Shown here piece by piece: positions 51,901-63,552 of a stretch of DNA of 64,000 bases; position 1 is the stretch's first letter, and the number at the start of each line of letters is the position of its first letter. The notes below the pieces were generated by a model that was not told the DNA's origin, made no database searches, and was given only the letters and a program-made list of their open reading frames with translations. Source of the DNA: Enoplolaimus lenunculus (lineage: Eukaryota). The position numbers were made by a program, and so were the translations under genes. Location: positions 310,001 to 374,000 of the forward strand of contig JASANG010003494.1 of NCBI GenBank assembly GCA_030248215.1. The letters run 5' to 3'.

Positions 51901-54900
51901 CTTGAGGTTTAAACTGCAATTATGAACTCGTTGTTTTAGATTAGAGCTAATGTAATTTGTTCACGCGTAGTGACTGAACCTAGGCTCGTCGACATCAACT
52001 TAAGAATTCAGTGTAGTGATGTAAATTGTTATTTTTATTTCAGGTTCCACAAACGCGCTAAACTACACAATACATGGTAATTCCGATGTAACAACAAGTG
52101 CCTTACATATCGCACAGGGTAAACTTAGCTCTGCTGAAATGGTTTTGTTCCGAATTATGTGATTGAAGGCAGTATTGGCTGGCTTGATTGTTTATTAATC
52201 AGTGATTTCGAGTTATTGCCTCGTATATTTTAATATTTTCACAGTATTTTGAGTCGCTTTCTTAATTCGTTAAAGTTTAAGGCTTGTGGCTGCTAAGACG
52301 TTGTAAAGCAGGTATCTTTAACGGATGCTTCTAAGTACACAAGTATGTAACCTTAATTAGTTATATTAATTAGAGATGTACCAAATAATCGGCATCGATA
52401 ATAATCGGCACTTTTGTGAATATCGGCATCGGCACTGCAAAAAAATGTCGGTTCTTTGCCAATACTTTTTGCACAAAACAGTAAGTTGGAATGTTAATAG
52501 TTTCACATGTTGGCGTATATCAGTGCGTCTGATGAGGAAAACTGTTACCTCTTAAACGTTTGTTTAATATTAATCATTCTGTAAGTGTCAAAATAAAGAC
52601 GTATATTAATGAAATTTGCACTTTTTGGCATTGATATACTCAACGCCATGGCTTTAGTTCTCATGTTATCACAAAGAATAAAATAGGTGTTTTAGCCCTT
52701 AATCTTGGCATAATGTAGATTATATTTATAGGTGATTCAGTCAAAATTGACGTCTGTAGTGTACATTCGAATAATGAGCTTTCTGGATACGCGTGTTGTG
52801 CAGTATCATTCGGTTTTTTGGGTGATGTCCTTCGCGATAGTGAGCAGCTGCGTCGGTTTGGGCCCGTTAGATATTTGATATCAGGTTAGTTGTTTGAATG
52901 GGTTTTACACAAGGTGTCTCTAACGATAGTGTTGTGTTTAGTCTGGTCTAAAGAATTCTGATTACAACTAAGTGATGGCAGTGGTCATTTTAAAACGCAA
53001 AGTACTTTACGGTAATGTACACCGCACGGTTGCCTGATGGTTTTGAGTTGGAAATAATTACGTGAAGTTTTATGATTATTGATGAATATCAAATGGGCAA
53101 AAGGTGGTAGAGAACATAAATTGTTTTAATCGGGAGTTGCTTTGTTTTGTCAATGTTTAGGTGTTCGGACCATGTTTGAAAATCGAGCGTATCCTGGAAA
53201 GCTGACGTTCTGTGGTGATTCAATTGATACACAGAACACAAACATTCCTCATTGTGAATCAAAGTTAGTTGCGCGTTGTTGTTCTTGTATCGTATTTGCT
53301 TCAATATTTAACTTGAATTTTAGTTCGTTTGCAGTTTTATCGTTTCGATTTAAGTTCGTCTGCAAAGTTCTGTAATTCGTTCGAATTTTAACCTGTTGGC
53401 TACGATGAATTGTGCTCCGAACTGTATTTAGCAATCGGTTTTGCTTTTATTACAACCGTTTTGTGCAAAATAATCTCAAACAAAAATGAATGGTTTAAAA
53501 TTAGTTTTATGATAGGAGATTATTGCAATAATATAGTGTTATTTCTATTACAGTTTCAACTGCCATTAAATATTGTGTTTAAATATTTAACGTGTACTCT
53601 TGTTGTCGTTTTATTGTTTTAGCTGTGGTTTTTGTGCAAATTCTAGTGATACAGGATATCATTCCGATAGTTCGCAAGGTTAGCAGATAATAACATTGTT
53701 TAAGTAACATGCTATTGCAACTTGTGCGTTTATATAACAGTCGCGACTTTATGCTACTATGTGTGAAAACGAAAGATTATTAATTCCATTTGGATATTGT
53801 AAAGTTCTGTTGTTTTCAGGCGAAATCCAGCACAGCAACAGAGTCAATAACAGTATTGCTTCGGTTGACAAATCAAATCCAAGTATTTATGAACAGTTAC
53901 AGGAGATAGATGCTGACTGGCTGCATATCATTGCTGTGATAACACCGTGTCTGTGTAAATTATCGCCAGATGGACTAAGTCCAACTAGTCATTTGGGAGA
54001 CGGATATGCGGATTTGGTTGTTGCGCCACACTTGTCGAGAACGCGCAATATTGCAATGTTTGGGCGCATTGCGAAAAAAGGTCTCAATCATGTAAGTTAT
54101 GCCGGATTTACCGTTAACAATTTTGTGAGTTTGGAGTTTGCACTGTGCTAGCCGTAACAGGTTGCAACTATTTGTATCGTTTAAGTTGCTAGACACATCG
54201 TAGGCTATTTGTGCGGATGATCCAAAGTGTACGTACGATTGGTTAGTTTAGTGTGCTAGTACGTATTGTTTTTTGTGACTATTCTGTTGATTCATAATTT
54301 TTGTATGGTTGTAGGAGTATCATAGAGCTATCGGCTGTTCTTCGTACATGATTTGATACTGTTTTTGTAATTCAAACCACTTCCTACATGATTTTTGTCT
54401 AGCCGCTCTGAGTAATTTTTTGATTTTTTTGGATTTTATTTATGTTGTAACAAAATATTTCTCAGTTGCGAATATTATTTCAGCTGTCGACACCTCGAAT
54501 CAAAACATATCGTGTGAGTTCGTTTTCCTTCACTCCAATTTCGCCAAGTCACACGGTAAATAAGCACAATCTGGCAATAACAGAAATGTCAACAATAATT
54601 ACAAGCAAATCTAATTGTAACGGTGAAAGTAATAATTGTGCAGAAATCGGTAGTTCTTCAAGTGGTGAAAAATCAAATTGTTCGAGTAATAAGAATTCAC
54701 AGGAAGGCAGCTATGATAACGCAGTATTGAATCAAGCATTTGTTGCCAATGAGTCTGATTCAATGGGGGGTAAATCAAAGGAACAAGTTGGAATGAATGA
54801 TGAAACCTCTGTTCAGGTGAATTTGAACGAAACTCGACAAAGCCAAAACCAAACCAACACGGAAACAGAAACAATACGTTTTAGTGTGACTGACAGCCTG

Positions 54901-56332
54901 GAGTTAGAAAGTTTTAACGGGCAAAATTGTTCTGTTCCGCGAAGCAGTAACATAACTAAAGGTGATGTGTGTGACAATGCAAGCGTAAGTGAGGGAGGAA
55001 AATGTACTTTGGTGGACGATACGCAAAATACCCGTTCAATGGAAGAAATCTCGGTGGCGAATTTGGTCGTTTGCCAGTCGCATTCAACGCTATCGACGCC
55101 TGTGACAACAAGATGCGAATCATTGAGAGCGTGTACGAGCGGTTGTTGTTACAATCGGTCTAGTGAGTGTAACAAGATGACAAAAACGGCAGCTTCAAAG
55201 ACGCATATTCAGCCAGGGCCAGGATGTGGCGTATGGAATATGGACGGCGAAATATTGGAACAAAGTTGTGCTACGATGTATTTTAGGTATATAAGCTTAA
55301 ATTTCTGTCTCCGAAACTGTTTGGGAGCATGTTAAAAATAAAACGGTGTTTTCAACTCTTCTCGCGTTTCAAATAGCATCGTTCAAAACGCTTTTCTGTG
55401 AGTGGGAAACGCTAAAACGAAAAATATACAAAACGTTTTTAGCATCTTTTAAAACGTTATTTTCGAACTAACAAAAACAGGGTGTAACCGAATATCCGTT
55501 TCCGGTAAAAATCAGGTTTCGTTCCTGTTCTAAACATACCGGAAATTTTCTTTTACGCTCAAAATTAGTTGTAAATCACGTATATCTCGTAATTTTTCAT
55601 TACAGGTGTGCTGCAGTTTTTTGATATGAAGCAAATATTACGAAATTCATCCACATCAAAATAAAACATCTATGAATCTTTTATTATATACTTCAATATC
55701 CGTGTTTCGTTTCCGTAAATTTTGATCCGTTTTCCGTGTTTGTTATTTTGATGATCACTATCCGTTTTCGTTATCCTAACTCTGTTTACACCAATGTACA
55801 ACCCGAGGTGTGGCTCCGGCAAAAAAATCGACCGGTCGGCTCTTTACAATATTTGTTTGCAGCGTTTTGTTTTAGCTCTTATGGTACATTTTCGAGGAAA
55901 AATTGGCATTTGGTAAAAATTAAGCGATGAATCAAAAACATTTAACAACAACATACAGATATTTGCTAAAACATGAATTAAACATCATTTTAACTACATA
56001 ATATCGCCTCGTTTCCGGCTCCGGCAAATTTTGATGATCTCCGGCTCCGCTACTTTTCACCTCCAAAGTAACAATGGTTTATACCTTGATTAAACTGGAA
56101 CCTATGTTCAGCGCCGGGGCTGGCTAGCGTGCTCCCACCCCTCTCCTCCGGCCTGCCTATGTTTGAAAGAATTGTCGGAATCAAATGATTGTATAATTGC
56201 GCTCACGGGACACCAATGCAAATACAGCAAAGCAAAGTATCAGACTTGTTTGCCGTTAATATTGTTATTTCCAGGATACACAGACAGCTCATTACAATAT
56301 ATGGACGTGGCATTGAACGTAATATAACGTGA
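48945..56332 (+). CDS. CERK: Ceramide kinase (PH-like N-terminus, DAGK catalytic domain, CxxxCxxC motif); 13 exons, ~768 aa
   Basis: Exons 48945-49071, 49528-49738, 50579-50682, 50881-51012, 51181-51247, 51516-51661, 52044-52118, 52732-52884, 53161-53263, 53623-53678, 53820-54091, 54484-55286, 56275-56332 (2307 nt). Motifs: RPRSLLVIINPYGGK, IGGDGMFSE, IGLVPAGSTN, TSALHI, FGFLGDVLRDSE, GPVRY, CESNCGFC, SPDGLSPTSHLGDG, WNMDGE, IHRQLITIYGRGIE. A short upstream exon (ATG 48765-48779, donor gtaaat) could add 5 aa. Confidence 0.94.
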
Positions 56333-56664
56333 AGTACAATATGACTTTTACCAAAATCAATTTTAGTTCGTCGTCCTATATACATTTAGAGTTTTCTTAT
56401 AATATTGCATATATAAAATAAAAGTTTGTCGTGAGCATTTGTGAGGAGATTGGAAAACGGCCAGTGTAACTTTTAGAGGCGAACAGTAGATTAAGCGTAT
56501 TCCTAAAGCCTAAGCCTAACCATTGTAAAATGTGTTCCGAAGCCTAAGCCTAAGCAAAAAAATGTAATCTAGGATCTAAACCTACTCTTTTATAGAACCG
56601 CCAGAAACGTGCACGCCCCTTAAAGTAACATGGGCCGAAAAAGTATACCTCTCGATTGTAGTGG

Positions 56665-57645
56665 TATGTACCGTCCAGGTTATACTGCGCTTGCTAATGT
56701 CAAAAAATGTCCGTGTTATAAGAATGTAGCAATAAAATTACAGCTATTTCATTCACCAAGTAATTATTTTCACACTATTTAGCTAGTATGTTGTTTCGTT
56801 ACAGTCTATTCTTAGGACATGTTCGAAAATGATAGGGTATTTAGACGTGGTTTTTCTTGCCAGGCTAAAATAAATCAACATTTGGGTTTAAAGTTAGAAA
56901 TCTAATCATTTGATGCGCTTTGTTGACAATGTGTTATTACTTTGTTTGGTTTAAATATGAATTATGCTAATTGTATATCATGGGTTAAAATAAACTGACA
57001 GTAGCAAAAAAATTGAATTTCCCAAATTTTAATTTCGCGCCAAAATATGAATTTTCCCACCAAAATTTGAATTTTCGCGCCAAAATTTAATTTTTGCCGC
57101 CAAAATTTGAATTTCCCGGCAGAATTACAATTTCCCGCCAAAATTCGAATTTCAAGCCAAAATTTGAATTGCGCGCCCAAGTTTAAATTTTCCCGCCAAA
57201 ATTTGAATTTCCCCACCAAAATTTAAGTTTCCCCCAAAATTTGAATTTTGTGCCAAATTTTAAATTTTCCCCCCAAAATTTGAATTGCATCGCCCAAATT
57301 TAAATTTTCCCGCCAAAATTATAATTTCCCGCCAAAATATATGTTTCTGCGCCAAAAATTAATTTTTCCCGCCAAAATTTGGAATGCGCGCCTAAGTTTA
57401 AATTTTCCCGCCAAATTTGAATTTTCTGACCAAAATGTGAAAAATTATCAAAAATTTTAAACTCTACAGTTTCCAACCATCGCTCGAACAAATTGCACTG
57501 TATTTCAAAAGGGTGATGTTTTTTACACTATTTTTGCACCCTCGCTTTATTTTGTATTTTTCGAGAGTGTTCGTAAATTAACTAGGTATTAATGGTGGAA
57601 CATTTTTTGACATTGGCGAGCACAGTATAACCTGTATGGTGCATA
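56665..57645. mobile_element. ~980-bp non-autonomous DNA transposon with ~48-bp TIRs and an internal minisatellite
   Basis: tatgtaccgtccaggttatactgcgcttgctaatgtcaaaaaatgtcc (56665-56712) matches the reverse complement of 57597-57645. Confidence 0.8.
57013..57440 (+). repeat. ~19-bp degenerate minisatellite AATTTCCCGCCAAAATTTG, roughly 20 copies
   Basis: Recurring (c)gccaaaattt(g/a)aattt with a period of about 19-20. Confidence 0.92.
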
Positions 57646-57717
57646 ACAGTGTTATATAATATCGGAACTGCAATTATTGTTGATTTAAAGTGTTATATAT
57701 TCAGCTGATTAAGGATG

Positions 57718-58928
57718 GGCGGCTTCCGGAAAAATAACACCGTGAAATTTTTCTCCCAGTAAAAATTACCCCATCCACGGCGTAATTATTCCCCCTATAA
57801 ATTTCCCCCGGAAAAGTTCACCGTTGTATTCTCTTTACCAGGAAAACTTTACACCAACCAGGGGCGTAATTTTCCTCTGGAAAACTGACACTGGTTCATT
57901 TTTTCCTCCGGACATTATGAGATACCAAAATAAGATGTTTATAAAGCGAAGTTGTTCGCATTGGTCCATGATAAAACTCAGTGATTCAGTTGTTCTCATG
58001 ATTTAACTATCAATCAAAATATGAGTTTGTAAATGATTCTGTATGATTGTTATTCAAGCGACTGTCCTGTCCAAACATTCGGCTTGGCAATAAATGTATA
58101 AATTAGTATTGAGTATACTTGAGTATGGCGCAGTCTGTCCTACGGAAAACCTAACGGTTCGGTTGTGTTTTCTGTCGTAAGTCATTTTCATTTTGTTTTG
58201 CGCAACCTTGATGTTCTCCTTAAAATCCGGTGCCACCTTCTCGGTTATGCGTCAAACTTCGCAGATTCTAAAATCTGGTCATCTGCAAACTTTCCATCTA
58301 CAGAAGTTGTCGCTCGAAATGTGGTTGCAGCCATTGGCTCACGTTCAATCATTAGATGAACGGCACGATATGCGTATCCGGAATATAAAGGTTCCAAACC
58401 TTTTGACATGCATCTTTTATCATCAGTAACATTTTTATATCGTCTGATTAAACCTTTCAACAAGAGTCTTTGTATGGTATGCTGAGGAAATTAGTTTTTC
58501 AACTGGATCGAGTCTGAGCATACTGTCCACAACTGAATATACAAGTTCGCGACCTTGATCCGAAGATACCTAGCACATCAGGAAATCCCAGACGCAAAAA
58601 ATAGCGTAAAGCTCTGATGCAGTAATGTCCGCTGATTTGTTTGGAGTAACAACTGCTTCGGCTCGCTCTGTCACGGTAACAATTTTCTGGGGGAAAATTA
58701 AAAGGGGAAATCACACTTTAACTCTACCCGTATGGCTGGCGTAATTTTTTAGGGTAGGGGAAAATTACAACGGTGCAATTTTTCAGGGGAAAAATTATAG
58801 GGGGAACAGTTTTACGTCGTGACTTTACACCATAGCTAGTGGAATTTTTCCGGGAGGAAATTTACACCTTTACACCGGTGCAGTTTTTCGGGGAGAAATA
58901 TTACAGGGGAAAAATTATGCCGTCGGAA
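57718..58928. mobile_element. Foldback-like element with long imperfect inverted arms enclosing a decayed integrase fragment
   Basis: Left arm ~57779-57861 (ggcgtaattattccccctata...ttcaccgttgta...tttacaccaacca) matches the reverse complement of ~58732-58818; both arms contain short internal repeats. Confidence 0.7.
58135..58675 (-). pseudogene. Decayed retroviral-type (rve) integrase, Gin-1/Ginger/Gypsy-like
   Basis: Across frameshifts: ERAEAVVTPNKSADITASELYAIF / LRLGFPDVL / SDQGRELVYSVV...SSAYHTKTLVERFNQTI* / YAYR..LMIEREP / KENIKVAQNKMKMTYDRKH..RFSVGQ. Confidence 0.85.
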
Positions 58929-59258
58929 CTGCAAGCTTCGGTAAATTTTTGGATTGAAAATAAAAATAAATTTTCAATATAATTTTTGTAAGTAAGTATT
59001 TTAGTTTCACTATTGCAATTTCCGGAACCTCCGCCAGAAATTCTACCAGAGCCGGAGGTCCATTTTCTGCCCAAACCGGATGCAGATCTCCGGTTGTACC
59101 CTCATATATGTTTATTGTAAACGCTGAGCATAAAGTAACAACTTTGTTCGTGAGTTTAGTCTTCATTTGAAAACTACCGATACTTAAAACCAGCCAAATA
59201 CGGAAATAGCCGATGCCTCAAGATTGGAAAAAATTCTAAATCATACTTACTTATTTAC

Positions 59259-59412
59259 AATGTTTATTGCTAAATAATTTAAGCGAAAACAACGATCTAC
59301 GCTGAGATCACTGATGTTTGTTACTAAATATAAATATCAATTTTTGCGAAACCAGCCATAGGCTCTCAGTGCAGATCGTTGTTTTCGCTAAAATTATTTA
59401 ACAGCAAACGTT
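59259..59412. repeat. ~150-bp hairpin-like inverted repeat (small MITE)
   Basis: taaataatttaagcgaaaacaacgatctacgctgaga pairs with tctcagtgcagatcgttgttttcgctaaaattattta. Confidence 0.8.
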
Positions 59413-60474
59413 AGTGTTCTCATTGAGAGCACCATCGTTCCTTGCTACAAAATTTTAATAGCGAAAAAACAACTATGATGAGGGCACCAATGATCAGGTG
59501 TAACAGGATATCCGCTTCTGGTAAACATAGGTGTTCGTTTCCGTTGTAGAAATAACGCGATCAAAATTAGGTGTAAATCATTTATGTATCTCGCAATTTT
59601 TCATTACACATATACATGCTGCAATTGTTCGAAATCAAATAAAAGTTAGGAAATTGATCTAGAATTTTAAAAATTTCGGCCATGTACAGAACATGGCCGG
59701 ATCGTCTGTCAACCAATGTCATATGACAAGTTTGAAAATATCTGCAAATTTGAGGTACGCTACGCGAAATGCGCTGTAGAATGTCATACTATAATTTGAA
59801 ATTTGATATGTAATGTCCCGTGGTATCTTCTAACATATGGTAACTTGTATACTATGATCACTTGAGATCAATGATCCAGGGATGGGAGTCTAGGTTTCGG
59901 CAAGTGTCGGCGTTTGGCAGGTCTAGATGTCGGTCTCGGTTTTTTAGTCTCGCTAGTTTGGAATAGTTTGCAACCGAGACCAGAGATCACCCTTCCCTGC
60001 TTGTAAACCTGTGTGATGTGACATTTACATTTTGCCGTCATATCCGCTAGTTTACCAGAATATTTTGGATTGAACGCAAGACAACTTGGACAAAACGATT
60101 TCCGAGCTGCCCAGTTATAACGTGAACCCCGCATAATTCCAAATGACGGGATCTTATGTCTCATTTTTTCAATATTAAAGCGGAACCGGATATCCGGTCC
60201 ATCCCAGCCTTTAACAGATATATAAAACTACACATTTAAATAGACGCAAATAAAAATTTAAAATTACAAATTAGATATATTGAATAAACATTTTAAACAG
60301 TAAACCGGTAGCGTGGCCGAAGCATATACACAAGCCAAAGCTTAAGGCTTAGCGTAACGACAAGTGCAAAACTGAGCCTAAACAAAAAATCAGTCCAAAG
60401 CTTACGCCTCACTCTATTGCTTGCAGTTCCACTTGAACACGGGACGCCTGTAAAAGTAAACATGGACCAGCATA

Positions 60475-63400
60475 TCAGTGCTCAAAATTGCAAAATACGC
60501 AAAACGAATTAAGTAAATGCTTACACAACGTTCCACTTTCAAGTGGTCCGCTTGCTGGCGTTCCAAAATTTGCCGTTAGTTTATAATTTAAATGCACGGC
60601 GTACGCTATGGTTCGAATTATGTTCAAATTAAAAATGCTCACTGAATCGTTTACCGGTCGAAAACACAACTTGGCAACTTGATCATATCGAAACATATAA
60701 AACGTCTCATGAATAACAATCGTAATATCATCACTATTATCACCAAAACCTTCCAGATCCAGTATGCTGCGGGCTTTCCAAATCCGCGTCAATAATCCAG
60801 GCCCATTGTCAGCCCAATTTTTACTATAATTGGTTGCAAATTCATGTAAACACTCGGCGACAAACGGATGTTTAGGTTTTGAAAATTTGAGTACTGCACC
60901 ATTCAACGCAAACTCAGACGAATTGTTTCGTTCGAATCCGATAACATTTTCTGGAAGCCCTGTAAACGGACGAGTAACAACGACATCCGTATCTAAGTAG
61001 ACACCGCCCCATCGATAAAGCACCAATAATCTGAGCAGGTCAGTTTCATGACTGTACCAAAATTGACCGCGACGTGCTGCACGCATCTTTTCGTCCGTAA
61101 ACTCGTAAGCTGGCGAATTAGTAATTAACCGGTGAAAATTATACCTCAGCACACGGCAATCAAAACCGACTTGTGTAAAAACTGAACAAACCATAGAGCC
61201 GATAGTATTACTATGAATAAGTACAGTCGCATTTGGATGATGATAGTAGATTGATTCTATTGTTCGTCTATGTCGCCAATTAAAACGTCCACTAACCATT
61301 TCATCGGATCGAAATACTTCAATGCTTTGCGCTGGAAGTGTTGTGAAAATTATATGAAATATCAGCCTGCCGTTTAAGTTGAGCTCAACATCAGGCTTTG
61401 ACGTATTGCCTACAATAGAATTCCGTTGTTGACCCTGGTTATTTCCCTGACTGTCAGCAACAATTGATTTCGGCTTCGTATACGGAGCTACGTTGAACAG
61501 TCCACACCACTGGCGAACGCTTGCGGGTAAGACATTCCATACTGAAGCGCGTAGACGCATAAATAGCGCCGGATTTGGATTATCCAGTGGTCGTGACCAC
61601 TGAAACCGTCGAACAGCTTCAGCTACGCACCCCATCACCAATTGTTTATCGTCGGCGAAAAACGACGTTGACCGCCGGTTTGAAATCAAATAGCATTCGG
61701 GCGTATGAAACAAATCTGCAAGTAAATCTTGACGCATTCCAAACCGATTTGGAACTTGATAGCGATCTTGAGACAGACTGAAATTGTTGATGAACGAAAA
61801 CGCTGCTGCGCCTACAAACAACACTGGCGTATCCAGTGCAACAGCGGCGAGCGCAGTTTGGATACGATCAGTCACAACTGCAGTAGACCGTCCAACTACA
61901 CACAACCGATTTAGGGTGTGATTTAGCGTCTCAGACAAATCTACATTGGTATCCTGAGAAATATCTAAAACCAGGTCCGATACCAAACTGTACCCAACTC
62001 GCTGGCTACCAAGTATATCAACGATTGTTCGGTTCAGTTCATCAGTTGCAACGTCAACCAGTACCGATTTGGTATATTTGACATTCGACGGCATTCCGCA
62101 AACATTTGGTGACAAAAGTAGCACAGCGCAGTTCGCAATATATTTTTGAAAAAATTCAAATTTATCCAAAATCATTTTGTGTCGTTCGGATCCGCTTAAC
62201 TCATCAAAAGTGTTTGTTAAATTTTTTAACGATTCCACTGACGCCGATAATTCAGTGATAAAGCTAATATGAATGCTAGCAACACCTGAACACACTGTTA
62301 GCGTATGCAGGTCTGTCCAAAGCCAATGGCGATGATTTTGCAAACCAAACGTATGCAAAAATGTATCGCGACGGTATAAATATCGACCATTCGCACTGGC
62401 TTGGTCAACGCTAATTTCCGGGGCTAACAGCTGGCACCAAGCTAACGCCAGCCAGTTCGATACTTTAGGCAAGTCATTTCTCGCTCTGCGCCCACCCACC
62501 GATAGGCTCTGAGAAGCTGTTGCCACACTGTCTCTGGACGCAGCAGTAACCCCCCTTGAATCTAACGCATACAGCTTGGGGCAAAACAAAGCATCGCAAT
62601 ATTCTCCGTCAAAAATTCGCTTCAAAGCAATTACTAAATTTTCCAACGCACCCTCGTAACGTTTGCTGCTACACTGTTCTTCAATGTCAGAACCATTATC
62701 ATCAGTGTCCCCAACAGGGTTGGATCCCCTGACCTTCACCAAACACAGTGTTACCTCGCCAATAAGCCGTTTCAGCGTCTTCCCAACTGCGCCACGATCG
62801 ACATCAGCGAGATGCAGTTGCAACATTACACGGTCAACGGTACCGCCACTGATTGGTCGACGCTTAACCAATATCCAGCTATGATTGGTCAACGGCAACA
62901 TGTTGGGAGGCTCCACGACATGCGGTTGCGCATTAAAATAAATTGAATTACGGCTTTCCGTGGACAATATAACACATAATCGAGTCATATCGAAAACAAA
63001 ATGGCCAAATCTCGACTTCAACTTCAATTTCAACTGAACCAGACCTGGATCGACATTGATCAACTCCACGAATGGAGACTCGTTCAAACTTTTAGACACA
63101 GCCGCATCACTACGCACCGCAATTTTACCACTCATCAAATGATTATACAACGCAAACGATAGCTTCGTATTCCGAACACACTCACGCTCCATGCAATATA
63201 TATTCAATTTGCTGTTCGCTGGCAAACTGTTATGATACATGCGTATATTGTTCAAAATTGATCTTACCTCATTTGTGGAGTCGGTGTGGAATACAATCGT
63301 CGTCCAAGTATACTGCAATCGCCAATTTTGACTCGATTCCAAATTAAATCTATTCGATTCAATTCCAACGACCGCAGCGTCATCATAACTTCCACTGGAA

Positions 63401-63552
63401 GCGAATGCTACTCTTCGTCGAGTTAAACATACCACAGCAACTGTCAACAACATCGCAACCGTAAGCGCGACTAGCAATTTGCATTTTTTCAACGATTCTT
63501 TGATTCGTTCCAACTGGCGTTTCACTGCACGTCGTGTTGGAGACCCTGACAC
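60475..63552 (-). CDS. Type II membrane glycosyltransferase: TM anchor, polysaccharide pyruvyltransferase-like region, C-terminal GT32 alpha-1,4-glycosyltransferase (A4GALT/A4GNT-like; Gly_transf_sug + Gb3_synth)
   Basis: 1025-codon uninterrupted ORF. Basic N-terminus followed by hydrophobic LLVALTVAMLLTVAVVCL. GT32 motifs RRTIESIYYHHPNATV, SHETDLLRLLVLYRWGGVYLDTD (DxD at ~60985-60993), LNGAVLKF, HPFVAECL, WADNGPGLLTR, AYAVHL. The codon at 63552 is GTG, not ATG; the first in-frame ATG is at 63453, so an upstream exon may supply the start. Confidence 0.88.
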   Translation of the reverse strand: MSGSPTRRAVKRQLERIKESLKKCKLLVALTVAMLLTVAVVCLTRRRVAFASSGSYDDAAVVGIESNRFNLESSQNWRLQYTWTTIVFHTDSTNEVRSILNNIRMYHNSLPANSKLNIYCMERECVRNTKLSFALYNHLMSGKIAVRSDAAVSKSLNESPFVELINVDPGLVQLKLKLKSRFGHFVFDMTRLCVILSTESRNSIYFNAQPHVVEPPNMLPLTNHSWILVKRRPISGGTVDRVMLQLHLADVDRGAVGKTLKRLIGEVTLCLVKVRGSNPVGDTDDNGSDIEEQCSSKRYEGALENLVIALKRIFDGEYCDALFCPKLYALDSRGVTAASRDSVATASQSLSVGGRRARNDLPKVSNWLALAWCQLLAPEISVDQASANGRYLYRRDTFLHTFGLQNHRHWLWTDLHTLTVCSGVASIHISFITELSASVESLKNLTNTFDELSGSERHKMILDKFEFFQKYIANCAVLLLSPNVCGMPSNVKYTKSVLVDVATDELNRTIVDILGSQRVGYSLVSDLVLDISQDTNVDLSETLNHTLNRLCVVGRSTAVVTDRIQTALAAVALDTPVLFVGAAAFSFINNFSLSQDRYQVPNRFGMRQDLLADLFHTPECYLISNRRSTSFFADDKQLVMGCVAEAVRRFQWSRPLDNPNPALFMRLRASVWNVLPASVRQWCGLFNVAPYTKPKSIVADSQGNNQGQQRNSIVGNTSKPDVELNLNGRLIFHIIFTTLPAQSIEVFRSDEMVSGRFNWRHRRTIESIYYHHPNATVLIHSNTIGSMVCSVFTQVGFDCRVLRYNFHRLITNSPAYEFTDEKMRAARRGQFWYSHETDLLRLLVLYRWGGVYLDTDVVVTRPFTGLPENVIGFERNNSSEFALNGAVLKFSKPKHPFVAECLHEFATNYSKNWADNGPGLLTRIWKARSILDLEGFGDNSDDITIVIHETFYMFRYDQVAKLCFRPVNDSVSIFNLNIIRTIAYAVHLNYKLTANFGTPASGPLESGTLCKHLLNSFCVFCNFEH

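Noticed and set aside
56962..57491. Repetitive ORFs (GKFKFWRENL...)
   Set aside because: Translations of the 19-bp minisatellite.
48945..63552. Sphingolipid gene cluster (CERK plus GT32)
   Set aside because: Only two convergent genes separated by TEs; GT substrate unknown; adjacency alone is not evidence.
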